Source: Macrostomum lignano (Eukaryota). Taken from it: a stretch of 64,000 nucleotides of DNA. The notes beneath the pieces are model-generated. The model had not been told where the DNA came from. It ran no database searches and was given only the letters and a program-made list of their open reading frames with translations. Positions within the stretch are counted from its first letter, which is position 1, and the number at the start of each line of letters is the position of its first letter. Positions 36,530-48,500 of this stretch are shown piece after piece. The position numbers were made by a program, and so were the translations under genes. The stretch lies in NCBI GenBank assembly GCA_002269645.1, contig NIVC01001556.1:240673-304672 (forward strand), written 5' to 3'.

Positions 36530-36989
36530 TTATTTATCTATCTATCGCAGGTTCACAGGCAGCAGAGAATTCCGCATCGACCTGTTGCTTGTCCGCGAGG
36601 CCGACGAGTTGGCCAGGTCCACCGCCGCGACCGGCACTTTCCTGGCCGGGCTGGCCTCGGCCGCGGCAACGCTGGTCACGGACAATCGGGACACCGTCTG
36701 GATGCTGGAAGCGACCGAGTCGGACGCTGTCCGGGTCACCGAGTGCCATCTGTCGAGGAGGCGAGACGAAGTGCTTTCAATGGAGTCGATGGTCGCGCCC
36801 TTGGATGCTTCAACTGATGGACACACGCTTGCAACCGGCATCAACGATGGCCGATTGACTCTGTTGCCAGTGACGGCCGCTGCTGGCGATGATCAGGTGG
36901 CGGATGGAGAACCAACACAGTATGACAATGATGCCGTCTGCTTGTGCGACTGTCCAGAGCACTATGGCTGGGAGTTGGACTCTTTTTGA
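34112..36989 (+). CDS. BTB/POZ + degenerate Kelch-repeat protein, at least 3 exons, no ATG upstream of the BTB domain
   Basis: Exons 34112-35279, 35584-36010, 36551-36989 with matching phases. BTB signature YFSAMLERSRMSESLTGLVRLPDL...LLRLAMRFQADQV...C; Kelch-like motifs IVGGE, LPYPVRDHCVC...LFVAGG, WTSLPPLP. In-frame stop at 34034; first in-frame ATG (34217) falls inside the BTB; strong acceptor CCCAG at 34107-34111. Confidence 0.8.
35330..35480. repeat. Tandem repeat, about 38 bp unit (GTAGACCCTAGAATACCGCGGAGTGGGGTGGGTGTTTC), in BTB-Kelch intron
   Basis: 4 copies. Confidence 0.85.
36103..36545. repeat. (TATC)n microsatellite filling a BTB-Kelch intron up to the acceptor
   Basis: About 110 units ending TCTATCGCAG at 36550. 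Confidence 0.97.
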
Positions 36990-37059
36990 GCTAGCGGAGC
37001 TAAATTTTTGTTGACTTTACGTTTACGTTTTGAGGAAGTAGTAAGCTGACGAATTTAGC

Positions 37060-37370
37060 CAGGAATGTGGCGGAGTGGGGTGGGTGGTTAGGGGCAGGAA
37101 TGTGGTGGAGTGGGGTGGGTGGTTAGGGGCAGGAATGTGGCGGAGTGGGGTGGGTGGTTAGGGCCAGGAATGTGGCGGAGTGGGGAGGGTGGTTAGGGCC
37201 AGGAATGTGGCGGAGTGGGGTGGGTGGTTAGAGGCAGGAATGTGGCGGAGTGGGGTGGGTGGTTAGGGCCAGGAATGTGGCGGAGTGAGGTGGGTGGTTA
37301 GGGCCAGGAATGTGGCGGAGTGAGGTGGGTGGTTAGGGCCAGGAATGTGGCGGAGTGGGGTGGGTGTTTT
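37060..37370. repeat. G-rich minisatellite, 35 bp unit (GGCCAGGAATGTGGCGGAGTGGGGTGGGTGGTTAG)
   Basis: About 9 copies downstream of the BTB-Kelch stop. Confidence 0.92.
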
Positions 37371-37759
37371 ATGCCATCTAGCGTTATCTGCTCTTCCAGT
37401 TATCTAACTTCATAGTAGAGGGTTAAACATTTTCTAAGCAAATTTTCTGCACATACTCTACTCTACCGTATAATTGAGTGAGTCAAACTGCATGCTTTAA
37501 ATTGCCATTTAATTGGCCTACGCTGTGATAAATCTTCATGCCATTCTCTATCAATCCCGAGGGCATTTTAACCTTAACTTTGCATCCTGACTGATTACGT
37601 AATCAAATATATGCTTTCAGCAACTGCCGCATGATATTTTAATTTCTGTAAAGCAGGGTAAAATCGTTTTTTTAAGAATTTTGTTGATTCTTTTATAGTA
37701 TCTTAATAAGTTCTATCTACCTGTGTCACCCTCCGTTGAATCCACCGGGAATCGCCATT

Positions 37760-38070
37760 GAACTCTATCAGGGAATTGCCACTGAACTCCATCATGAATC
37801 GCCACTGAACTCCATCATGAATCGCCACTGAACTCCATCAGGAATCGCCACTGAACTCCATCAGGAATCGCCACTGAACTACATCATGAATCGCCACTGA
37901 ACTCCATCATGAATCGCCACTGAACTCCATCAGGAATCGCCACTGAACTACATCATGAATCGCCACTGAACTCCATCAGGGAATCGCCACTGAACTCCAT
38001 CAGGACTTGCCACTGAACTCCATCAGGGAATCGCCATCGCCACTGAACTCCATCATGAATCACCACTGAG
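37760..38070. repeat. Minisatellite, 23 bp unit (GAATCGCCACTGAACTCCATCAT)
   Basis: About 13 copies. Confidence 0.92.
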
Positions 38071-39038
38071 CTTCACCTGGAGTCGCTCAACCCTGAAATT
38101 TTGAGTATGATATCACAACCTAGGTTTAGCCTTATTATTCTAAAGGTTTTGGTCACCAGCAGTCACTTCTAGTTTAGCGTACAGCTATTCCCGATAAAAA
38201 ATTCAAGGTTAAAATTAAAGCACTTTACAATTAGAAATCGAAGAAAGCCGAAGACCTGCAACAGCAGCTTGTGCCGTGCTCTTTTGTCAAGAGCGTAAAT
38301 TTCTTGCTCTGGGGGTGCCGCGTTTTTCAACAAGTCAAGTCAGAACTTTGCTCGCCACTTTCGCCAAGTATAAAATCTTAGCAAGGCAGAACACAGACTG
38401 GCGGCTACAGTGACTTTCATTCCTCTTCTAGGGGCAAGATCTGCGCCAATGCGCTACTGTACCAGTTCCAAAACTAGAGCCGCTTAATTGCATTCTAATA
38501 GCCCGTGTTATTCGAGCGAGCTTTGTGCGAACAGGCCATCAAAGCTAAATTGTCGATGTGTCGAAATTGTGGAGATGCTTCGAAAGTTGGGGGAGAGAGA
38601 GAAACATTTTCGACTAATAAGAGTTGCCTAATTATCATATTTTATGCTGATTTAAGGGCGGTGATTTATAAGCATTGCAGTATAAAAAAAAATTGAAATT
38701 CCAGAGAACTGGTTTTAACAGAATACTGGTAGGCGAAATGCGAAGTTGTAAATCAAATTTGAATTTATCTATATTTATTTTGCTAGTCAATCCAATAGCA
38801 GCTGAGCAGCTAGCCGTGCTCGATCTAGTTTACCACTGACTGCATAAAGTTTGTCTGAGTCTCGCCATACTCCGCCTAAGCGAAACTGCGCACCTGCTTT
38901 TAGGCTGAGAGAGACTTGACCGCCCTCCCAAATTTTCGTTGATAAATTCTGTAGCATTTTAATAGACTGCCAAAAGAGAGAGAGCTAACAGCGCCACTTT
39001 CGTAAGCCTAGTCTATCGACTTGACTGACTCAGTCGTC

Positions 39039-42000
39039 ATGAAACTAAACCAGCTTAGTCTGCGACCGAATGGAAGCAGCTCAGCCACCGCCGGACAGAG
39101 CACCCTGGCCGGACAGAAGCAGAAGCGAATGTCGCTGAACCGGCCAGAAAATGCTAGTCGCTTGGCCTGCTACTATGCCATGTTTCTCACACTGTGCGGT
39201 CTGGTGCTCACCATCTGCGTGCTGGAACACACCAATAACTCCAGGTTTAGTCAGGCCGCGCAATGGACTCAGCTCGTCTTCTTTCTGTGCGTGCTCACAG
39301 GTATGATGGCGAGGTTCTCTTTGCAATTGTGCTCACAGGTATGATGGCGAGGTTCTCTTTACAATTGTGCTCACAGGTATGATAGCGAGGTTCTCTTTGC
39401 AATTGTGCTCACAGGTATGATGGCGAGGTTCTCTTTGCAATTGTGCTCACAGGTATGATGGCGAGGTTCTCTTTGAAATTGTGCTCACAGGTATGATGGC
39501 GAGGTTCTCTTTGCAATTGTGCTCACAGGTATGATGGCAAGGTTCTCTTTGAAATTGTGCTCACAGGTATGATGGCGAGGTTCTCTTTGCAATTGTGCTC
39601 ACAGGTATGATAGCGAGGTTCTCTTTGCAATTGTGCTCACTGGTATGATGGCGAGGTTCTCTTTGCAATTGTGCTCACAGGTATGATGGCGAGGTTCTCT
39701 TTGCAATTGTGCTCACAGGTATGATGGCGAGGTTCTCTTTGCAATTGTGCTCACAGGTATGATGGCGAGGTTCTCTTTGCAATTGTGCTCACAGGTATGA
39801 TGGCGAGGTTCTCTTTGCAATTGTGCTCACAGGTATGATGGCGAGGTTCTCTTAGCTTGTGCTCACCAAGTGTGATGGCGAGGTTCTTTTAGCTTGTGCT
39901 CACAGGTATGATGGCGAGGTTCTTTTAGCTTGTGCTCAAAGGTATCATGGCGAGGTTTTTTTAGCTTGTGCTCACCAAGTGTGATGGCGAGGTTCTTTTA
40001 GCTTGTGCTCACAGGTATGATGGCGAGGTTTTTTTAGCTTGTGCTCACCAAGTGTGATGGCGAGGTTCTTTTAGCTTGTGCTCACAGGTATGATGGCGAG
40101 GTTCTTTTAGCTTGTGCTCACAGGTTTGATGGCGAGGTTCTCTTAGCTTGTGCTCAAAGGTATGATGGCGAGGTTTTTTATCTTGGAAAATTTGGACTCC
40201 AATATGGGATGGGAATATTTCTTCTGATGGTCCCAAGTACACTTTGGACAAACTTAGGTTTCCTATTCACAACTCTGCACCACAGTGGCTCTCGCCTTCC
40301 TGTTCTGGCTGATGGGTCACGTGATGCGCCTTCCGCCCCAGGCGGTGCCGCAGCGCCAGATCAGGGAGTTCCGAGGCAGGGCCAACTCCATCTCCGTGTA
40401 CGCCGGAGGCTGTGCAACCGCCCCCGCCGCCTCCACTACCTCCGCCGCCGTTCCCGGCCAGTCTGTCTACATGGGCCGCCGCAACTCCGACGACATGCAC
40501 GTGTACGACAACTTCCGCGATCCAAAGTACACCGTGCCCGAGGCCAGCCCGGAGGAGGAGGAGCGCGGCGATCAGGACGACGACGTAGAAACCGAGGCGG
40601 CGGCCGGCGGCAAGGCGGAGGGCAACGACAGCGGCGGCGGCGGGGTGGGCAACGCCGCTTACGTTGTTGACGAAGACGCGACCGCTCCGACGAGATCGAT
40701 CGTCGAGTCGTCGTCGTCTTCGTCAGCGCTGACCGCAACAACAACGGTTTCCTCGTCGCCGTCGCCAGCTCCGGCCGCGTCGATGCGACGACTGCAGATG
40801 CAACTGCCGAAGCCGCGGCCTCCTTCGGCGCCGTCGACCCTGTCTCCGACGCTGTCCAGATCGGAGCAGCAGCTGCACAGGAAGCACCGGCTGAACACCA
40901 TCACCATCAACAGCGCCCTGGACCTGCACATCACGGAGATCCCGCCCTACACCGTGCTAACCAAAGGCGAAGCTCATTCGCCCTCGTTTTTCTTGCGCAT
41001 CGCCGCCATCGTGTTCGGCTGCGCAGGCGTGGTGAACATGCTGGTGAAGGCGGTGGACGCCCTGCTTGGCCTGTCCAGCTCCAAGAGCCAAGCCCTAGAA
41101 GTTTTCACCGTCCTGCGCTGCTTGGTGAACATCGCCTTCAACTGCGTGCAAACATTTTTTCTGTTCAAATACAGCAAGATCTCCATCGCCTACAGACAGA
41201 AGGCCTGCCTGTTCGGCCTCATGCACCTGCTGGCCACCAACTTGTGCCTGTGGATCGGCGACCTCGGCGAGGAGAAGCTGCACAAGTACCACAAGCTGTA
41301 CAGCGGCGCCAAGAACGGCAGCAGCGGCAAGCACAGCGGCAGCCTGTCCAGCCTCATGTCGCCCTACCTGTACCCCTTCAACATCGAGTACAGCCTGATG
41401 GCGGCCTTCTTCTGCCACGCCCTGTTCCGCAACGTCGGCACCTTCATCAGCCTGCTGGAGGGCCGCGGCCTGCACGTCGAGCGAAAAAGCCTGTCGATGC
41501 GCAATCGAACGAAAACTCGATTCAGCGTCAGTTGTCACAAATCTACCAAGGGCCTGCTGCTCGGCATGGGTCTTGTACTGGCCGTTGTCTGCGTCTCAGC
41601 CTATGTGCTCAACCTCGAGGAGGTCAAAGGCAGCCGGGCTGACGATTCGCGGAAAGAGAAACGGTTGATCATCTCCAGCGTGATGCTGACCCTGCAGGCG
41701 GTTCTGCTGGCTATGGTGATCCCTGTGGTGATGGCGCTGCGTCGGCTGCCAAGCCAGCAGCAGCAGTGTCCGGTGGGCCACTCTGAGCAGCACTGCAGCG
41801 GCGGCGCCCTGGCCGACAAGCTCATGCTGCAGCTGGGACTCGCCGCCGTGATCGTCTCGCAGCTGTACGTCCTGCTGGAGGTGGCGGCCAGCTGCAGCAC
41901 CGACAAACCGATCGTGGATCAGGCTGGCCTGGCCATCAGGGTCTGCGAAGCCCTTGCCATCATGCTGCAGAGCGCTCTGCAGGTGCTGGTGCTGGACCTT

Positions 42001-42300
42001 GGCCTCGAGCGCAGCTTCCACCTGGCACCGCCGATCAGCCAGGGCCTGGTGACCGCCCTGATACCGGCTAACCTGGCCGTGTGGGTTCTGTACACCTTGA
42101 CCGGCCCCGTGAGCAGTCTGGACCAATCGGAGACGAGCAGAGTTATCTCCGCTCTCTGCCTGCCAGTTACTATCTTCTTTCGCTTCCATTCTGTTGGCTG
42201 TTTCGCCGAGCTGTGGAAAATTCTGCAACGGGCAAGCGAAAACAATGAGGTGGCATTTGAACTGAGCGGTGGGGTGATATCGACTGTAACTGGTCGTTGA
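39039..42300 (+). CDS. OTOP: Otopetrin-family proton channel, 758 aa, 2 exons
   Basis: Exons 39039-39300 and 40286-42300 (phase 1). Otopetrin motifs SFFLRIAAIVFG, VQTFFLF, FGLMHLLATNLCLW, YLYPFNIEYSLMAA, CHKSTKGLLLG, PANLAVW, IFFRFHS. Orthology within the family not assignable. Confidence 0.9.
39290..40175 (+). repeat. Minisatellite (38 bp, then 36 bp unit) containing the otopetrin exon 1 donor (GTGCTCACAG|GTATGA)
   Basis: About 23 copies; donors at 39301, 39339, 39377 and onward; distal units diverge. Confidence 0.95.
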
Positions 42301-42369
42301 GCGGATTTGAGGGTTAGCCTATCTCTCTATGAGCAAAGAGCAAGGCAGTAACGTTCGTGGAGTAGGAAG

Positions 42370-42870
42370 TGACGTGGGTGTCAAGAGGGGGCAGGGAGTG
42401 AGGTGGGTGTCAATAGGGGGTAGGGAGTGAGGTGGGTGTCAACAGGGGCAGGGAGTGAGGTGGGTATCAATAGGTGGTAGGGAGTGAGGTGGGTGTCAAT
42501 AGGGGGCAGGGAGTGAGGTGGGTGTCAATAGGGGGTAGGGAGTGAGGTGGGTATCAATAGGGGGTAGGGAGTGAGGTGGGTGTCAATAGGGGGCAGGGAG
42601 TGAGGTGGGTGTCAACAGGGGCAGGGAGTGAGGTGGGTATCAATAGGTGGTAGGGAGTGAGGTGGGTGTCAATAGGGGGCAGGGAGTGAGGTGGGTGTCA
42701 ATAGGGGGTAGGAGTGAGGTGGGTGTCAATAGGGGGTAGGGAGTGAGGTGGGTGTCAATAGGGGGTAGGGAGTGAGGTGGGTGTCAATAGGGGGCAGGGA
42801 GTGAGGTGGTTGTCAATAGGGGGTAGGGGAGTGAGGTGGGTGTCAATAGGGGGTAGGGAGTGAGGTGGGC
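42370..42870. repeat. G-rich minisatellite, 29 bp unit (GGGAGTGAGGTGGGTGTCAATAGGGGGTA)
   Basis: About 17 copies downstream of the otopetrin stop. Confidence 0.93.
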
Positions 42871-43499
42871 GTCCATGTTATTGGTATAGATAATTTTAAC
42901 TTTTCAGCTGTTCAACTTTATGCATGAGACAGAGAGAGTGATGCATGCGGTCCAAATTCATATTTAAAAAAATTAAATTGTAAATTTTGGCAGCGCCAAC
43001 TAAAAATGTGCTGATTAGTATTGAATTTCAATTTAATTACCGCTTTATAATAGTTAATTTGCACCTACGAATATTAGAGATTTGAGAGCTGAGCTGCACT
43101 CGCAAGTTTATCGAGCTGTTGTTTCATGAAATGCCACCGGAGACCGGCAGACAACCAAAGTTCGGGCGAAATCTCAGCTATCTCACCCTTGATTTTTTCT
43201 CAGCTTCTTTATTTTTTTAATTATTGCAAAACACTTTTTGCCGTGAAATAATCGCCTCTTGATGACCAAAGCCGAACTCTTATCTAAAAGCAATCTTTTT
43301 CTTCCGTCTAAGAGTACGTGCGTTATTATTCTATCACGCTACACCACATACTACTTACAGAAACTACTTACTTACGAGTAGTATTAAATAATCCGATCTT
43401 AAAAAATCTATTCGCTTTTCAATCGTATTGCAGCATCAGCGACTGTGTTTGTCTCCTATTCATTTATTAATTGACTTAGCCCTTAGCGGAGACTGCGTT

Positions 43500-44390
43500 C
43501 GAAGTGAGGGATGGGAAGAGGGGTGAGATAAGAGATGGAGAGAGAGGGAGATAGCGGGATATCAAAACGTTTTGATAGTAACTGCATATCAAATGCATTT
43601 TTTGGGGGGAGGCAATGCAGACAGAATCTAGCTGCCAAATGCGCTGCAGGAAAAAAGCATTGCGGGCAAATCTCCTGCGGGCAAATCTCCTGCGGGCAAA
43701 ACTCCTGCGGGCAATTCGTCTGCGGGAATTTCTCATGGACCCGGAGATAGCGGAAGGGGAGAGGGGGAAGATGGATGGGGAGAGGGGAGATGAGAGATAA
43801 GGGATGGGAGAGGGGGAGGTTGCGGAAGGGGAGAGTGGGAGATAATAGATGGGGAGAGAGGGAGATAATGGATGGGGAGAGGGGGAGATAATGGATGGGG
43901 AGAGTGGGAGATGGCGGAAGGGGATACGGGAGATAATGGATGGGGAGAGGGGGAGATGGCGGATGGGGAGAGGGGAAGATAATGGATGGGGAGAGGGGGA
44001 GATGGCGGAAGGGGATACGGGAGATAATGGATGGGGAGAGGGGGAGATGGCGGAAGGGGATACGGGAGATAATGGATGGGTAGAGGGGGAGATGGCGGAA
44101 AGGGATACGGGAGATAATGGATGGGTAGAGGGGGAGATGGCGGAAGGGGATACGGGAGATAATGGATGGGGAGAGGGGGAGATGGCGGAAAGGGATACGG
44201 GAGATAATGGATGGGTAGAGGGGGAGATGGCGGAAGGGGATACGGGAGATAATGGATGGGGAGAGGGGGAGATGGCGGAAAGGGATACGGGAGATAATGG
44301 ATGGGTAGAGGGGGAGAGAAATGGATTGTGAGAGGGGAAGAGAAATAGATGGGGAGAGGGGGAGATGGCGGAAGGGGAGATAGGGTGTGA
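43500..44390. repeat. GA-rich minisatellite (45 bp unit) interrupted by a MITE fragment (43560-43742)
   Basis: Unit GGAGATAATGGATGGGGAGAGGGGGAGATGGCGGAAGGGGATACG. The fragment matches 26755-27097 and has 15-bp subterminal repeats (CCTGCGGGCAAATCT). Confidence 0.85.
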
Positions 44391-44989
44391 TGGAGGATTC
44401 GGGTACCAGTTGAATACAGAAAATAATTGCTGGCTGATTTGCTTTATAAAAGATTTCGTTACCCAAAGTAGCGTCTATTTAAGGCAGTAAAAGTCTCAAA
44501 TCTTATCTCAAATCAGCAGAGCTAAGATTGCAATCCGTTATACTCGTAAAGACAAAGTTTAACAAATTTACGATTGTAATACACAACAGAGTTGATGAAG
44601 AATTAAAAACAGCAGAACAGATTTTAGTACTGCAAAACTGAATATTCTGCATTCTAGGAAATCGTGGATAGAAATTTCAGTTTAACCAGTGCGATTGCAC
44701 CTGAATAAGGGCCAGGATTTTTGTAGCGCGACTGAACTTGAAAACTGGATTTCGGTTTAAAAAATCGAAAACCTGAGCTAATAACGAGATGCACCGCTTT
44801 AAGGAATCAGAATTCAGGCCTAATTTGGTTCAACTGCGCTGCGAAGATTCTTGCCCTTAAATTGCAACATTAAAAATCTGAAGCTCTCCACGGGCCTTCT
44901 CTGTGTTTACCTAAGCGAAGTTTTAAAGTTTCATGAGCTTTCAGATTTCGCTATGGCTGCCTGTGCGCTCATGTAAAATTTAAGCCACT

Positions 44990-45312
44990 GATGCACTGCT
45001 CACCTGTGTGTCTGTGTGCACTGTGTCTATTGTACTCTGCATTGATGCACTGCTCACCTGTGTCTACATGTATGTGCACTGTGTCTATTGTACTCTGCAC
45101 TGATGCACTGCTCACCTGTGTGTGTGCACTGTGTCTATTGTACTCTGCATTGATGCACTGCTCACCTGTGTGTGTGCACTGTGTCTATTGTACTCTGCAT
45201 TGATGCACTGCTCACCTGTGTGTGTGCACTGTGTCTATTGTACTCTGCGGTGATGCACTGCTCACCTGTGTGTGTGCACTGTGTCTATTGTACTCTGCGG
45301 TGATTCACTGCT

Positions 45313-45367
<55 letters not shown>

Positions 45368-45470
45368 ACTGTGTCTATTGTACTCTGCGGTGATGCACTG
45401 CTCACCTGTGTGTGTGCACTGTGTCTATTGTACTCTGCGGTGATGCACTGCTCACCTGTGTGTGTGCACT
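44990..45470. repeat. Minisatellite, 50 bp unit, with embedded (TG)n, just downstream of the bZIP stop
   Basis: About 9 copies; each reads CACAG|GTGAG on the minus strand. Confidence 0.92.
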
Positions 45471-45562
45471 GATTTAGTTCTACTGTACAGCTCTGCATAG
45501 ATGCATCCAGATAGAGAGAAATACTACATGTAAAAACCAAGGCAAACTTGGGTTAAAATGAG

Positions 45563-48500
45563 TCAGTGGTGCTGCTGACTCGAACTGTTTACGTAGTGCA
45601 GAGCGTCCGAAACACGGCCGAACTCTGGCAGGGGCTCCGTCATGACTGACATCGCTTCCACTTCAACAAGCTGGTGCTGCTGCTGATGCTGCTGCCAAGA
45701 CGCCGCCGCGGCCGCTTGGTGCCTGGCGAATGTGGTGTACAGATCCGCCGACACTGGAAAATCCGACAAGTCGTTTGCCGCCATCGCCAACGAGCCGCCG
45801 TCTACAATGTCGGCGGCGGCGCCGATTCCGCTGGCCCCATCGTAGTAGCCAGCGTAGCCGCCATAGTAGTCCGTGACGCCATCGGCAGCCGGGTACGGGT
45901 GCGGGTAGGACGGGTACGGGTAGGTCGGGAACGACTCCTGCGGCCAATGGCTCTGTTGCGGCTGTACGTAGCTCTGCGGCTGCTGATATTGCTGCTGCTG
46001 CTGCTGCTGCTGCTGGCCGCTGTAGAAATGCAAGAACTGCTGTTGCTGCTGCTGCTGTTGTTGCTGCGACTGCTGCTGTTGCTGACTGTGGAACTGCACC
46101 AACTGTTGATGGCTCTGATGCTGCTGTTGCTGCTGCTGCAGTCTCAGCTGCTGGCTGGCGGCATAGTACCCGCTGTCGCCGCCGCCGCTGTCAGCGATAC
46201 CGCCATGCCGCCACGCTTCGTCGTCTGTTTTTAGGACGGCAGCGACTGCCGCTGCTGCAGCCGCCGCGGCGGCCGCCGATGCTGCCGCCGTCGCTGCCGA
46301 GGTCGACGTCGATAACGAAGCAGAAGCACCGCCGCCGACGCCACCGCGGCAGGATTTGCTGACAGTTCGCTGCTGCAGCCGCGCCGTTGTCCGCCCGGCT
46401 CCGGCGGCCGCGCAGTCGGTCCGAGTGGACGGCGCTGACGCCGGCAGAAGCGGCTCTAAATTTCCCGTTGATGCCAGCTTTGAGCTCGGCGGCTGCTGGC
46501 GAAGCTTTGGCAGCTCGAGGCGAGCTTCCTCCAGGGTGATCTCCTTCTGGTCGAGGCGCTTGAAGAGGGCTTTTAGCTGCGCGGAGGTGCAAGCACGAGT
46601 AGCTTGGTTAGAGAGCGGATGCTTACTGGTTAGATAGCGGATGTTTACTGGTTAGAGAGTGGATGCTTACTGGTTAGAGAGCGGATGTTTACTGGTTAGA
46701 GAGCGGATGCTTACTGGTTAGATAGCGGATGCTTAATGGTTAGAGAGCGGATGCTTACTGGTTAGATAGCGAATGCTTAATGGTTAGAGAGCGGATGCTT
46801 AATGGTTAGAGAGCGGATGCTTACTGGTTAGATAGCGGATGCTTACTGGTTAGAGAGCGGATGCTTACTGGTTAGATAGCGGATGCTTAATGGTTAGAGA
46901 GCGGATGCTTAATGGTTAGAGAGCGGATGCTTAATGGTTAGAGAGCGGATGCTTACTGGTTAGAGAGCGGATGCTTACTGGTTAGAGAGCGGATGTTAAA
47001 TGGTTAGAGAGCGGATGTTTACTGGTTAGAGAGCGGATGCTTAATGATTAGAGAGCGGATGTTTACTGGTTAGAGAGCGGATGTTAAATGGTTAGAGAGC
47101 GGATGCTTAATGGTTAGAGAGCGGATGCTTAATGGTTAGAGAGCGGATGCTTACTGGTTAGAGAGCGGATGCTTACTGGTTAGAGAGCGGATGTTAAATG
47201 GTTAGAGAGCGGATGTTTACTGGTTAGAGAGCGGATGCTTAATGATTAGAGAGCGGATGTTTACTGGTTAGAGAGCGGATGTTAAATGGTTAGAGAGCGG
47301 ATGTTTACTAATTAGAGAGCGGATGCTTACTGTTTAGAGAGCGGATGTTTACTAATTAGAGAGCGGATGCTTACTGGTTAGAGAGCGGATGTTTACTGGT
47401 TAGAGAGCGGATGCTTACTGGTTAGATAGCGGATGCTTAATGGTTAGATAGCGGATGCTTAATGGTTAGAGAGCGGATGCTTAATGGTTAGAGAGCGGAT
47501 ACTTAATGGTTAGAGAGCGGATGCTTACTGGTTAGAGAGCGGATGCTTAATGGTTAGAGAGTGGATGCTTACTGGTTAGAGAGCGGATTTTAAATGGTTA
47601 GAGAGCGGATGGTCAGAGGTTAGAGAGTGGATGTTTAATGGTTAGAGAGTGGATGTTAAATGGTTAGAGAGCGGATGGTCAGAGGTTAGAGAGTGGATGT
47701 TTAATGGTTAGAGAGTGGATGTTTAATGGTTAGAGAGCGGATGTTAAATGGTTAGAGAGCGGATGGTCAGAGGTTAGAGAGTGGATGTTAAATGGTTAGA
47801 GAGCGGATGGTCAGAGGTTAGAGAGCGGATGTTTACTGGTTGTAGAGTGAAAAATGGACCACGAAAATGAAAAAGTATTGAACAGGAACTATCAGTCTGT
47901 TGAGCTTAAAATTATTCATGAGAGAGAATTTGAGAATTAGCAAAATATTTATTACACATATCAGACTTGCACAGCCCGGGAACGCAATCTGCGCATTTTC
48001 AAATTCGCGATAACCTGCTAAAAGACAAACAGCCAACTCTGTGAAGGAGGCCCAGGCAATGTCCCTAGCCAGCCGTGAGTCACAGTGAAAGATTAGTGTA
48101 ATTCTCTTGGGCATTATACAACAATTTTAGGTAATATGCGCCATTTTGTTGAGGATCGAAGAGAGAGAGTGGAAGGACTTGCGAGGCGAGTGCTTCTTAA
48201 CAGCCTCTCTGGAATGGTCCCGAATCCAGTTTCAAAGGTGCTTGTTTGCGGCATCTACTTAACCTGGTGTAGAATCCAACTTCGCGTGTTAACGTGAACT
48301 AGCAGGTCCCTCTGGAAGATACCTGGACTGTTCCCGATGCTGCAGGCTCCCTATGGACTGCTAAATAATCTTTAACATTTTAGATCTAATCTTTGGAGTC
48401 TAGTAGATCTAATCCCCGAGATTTTTTTAATCTAATCCTCTGGATTTTGTAGATCTAATCCCTGAGATTTTGTAGATCTAGACCTACTGTAGACCTTCGG

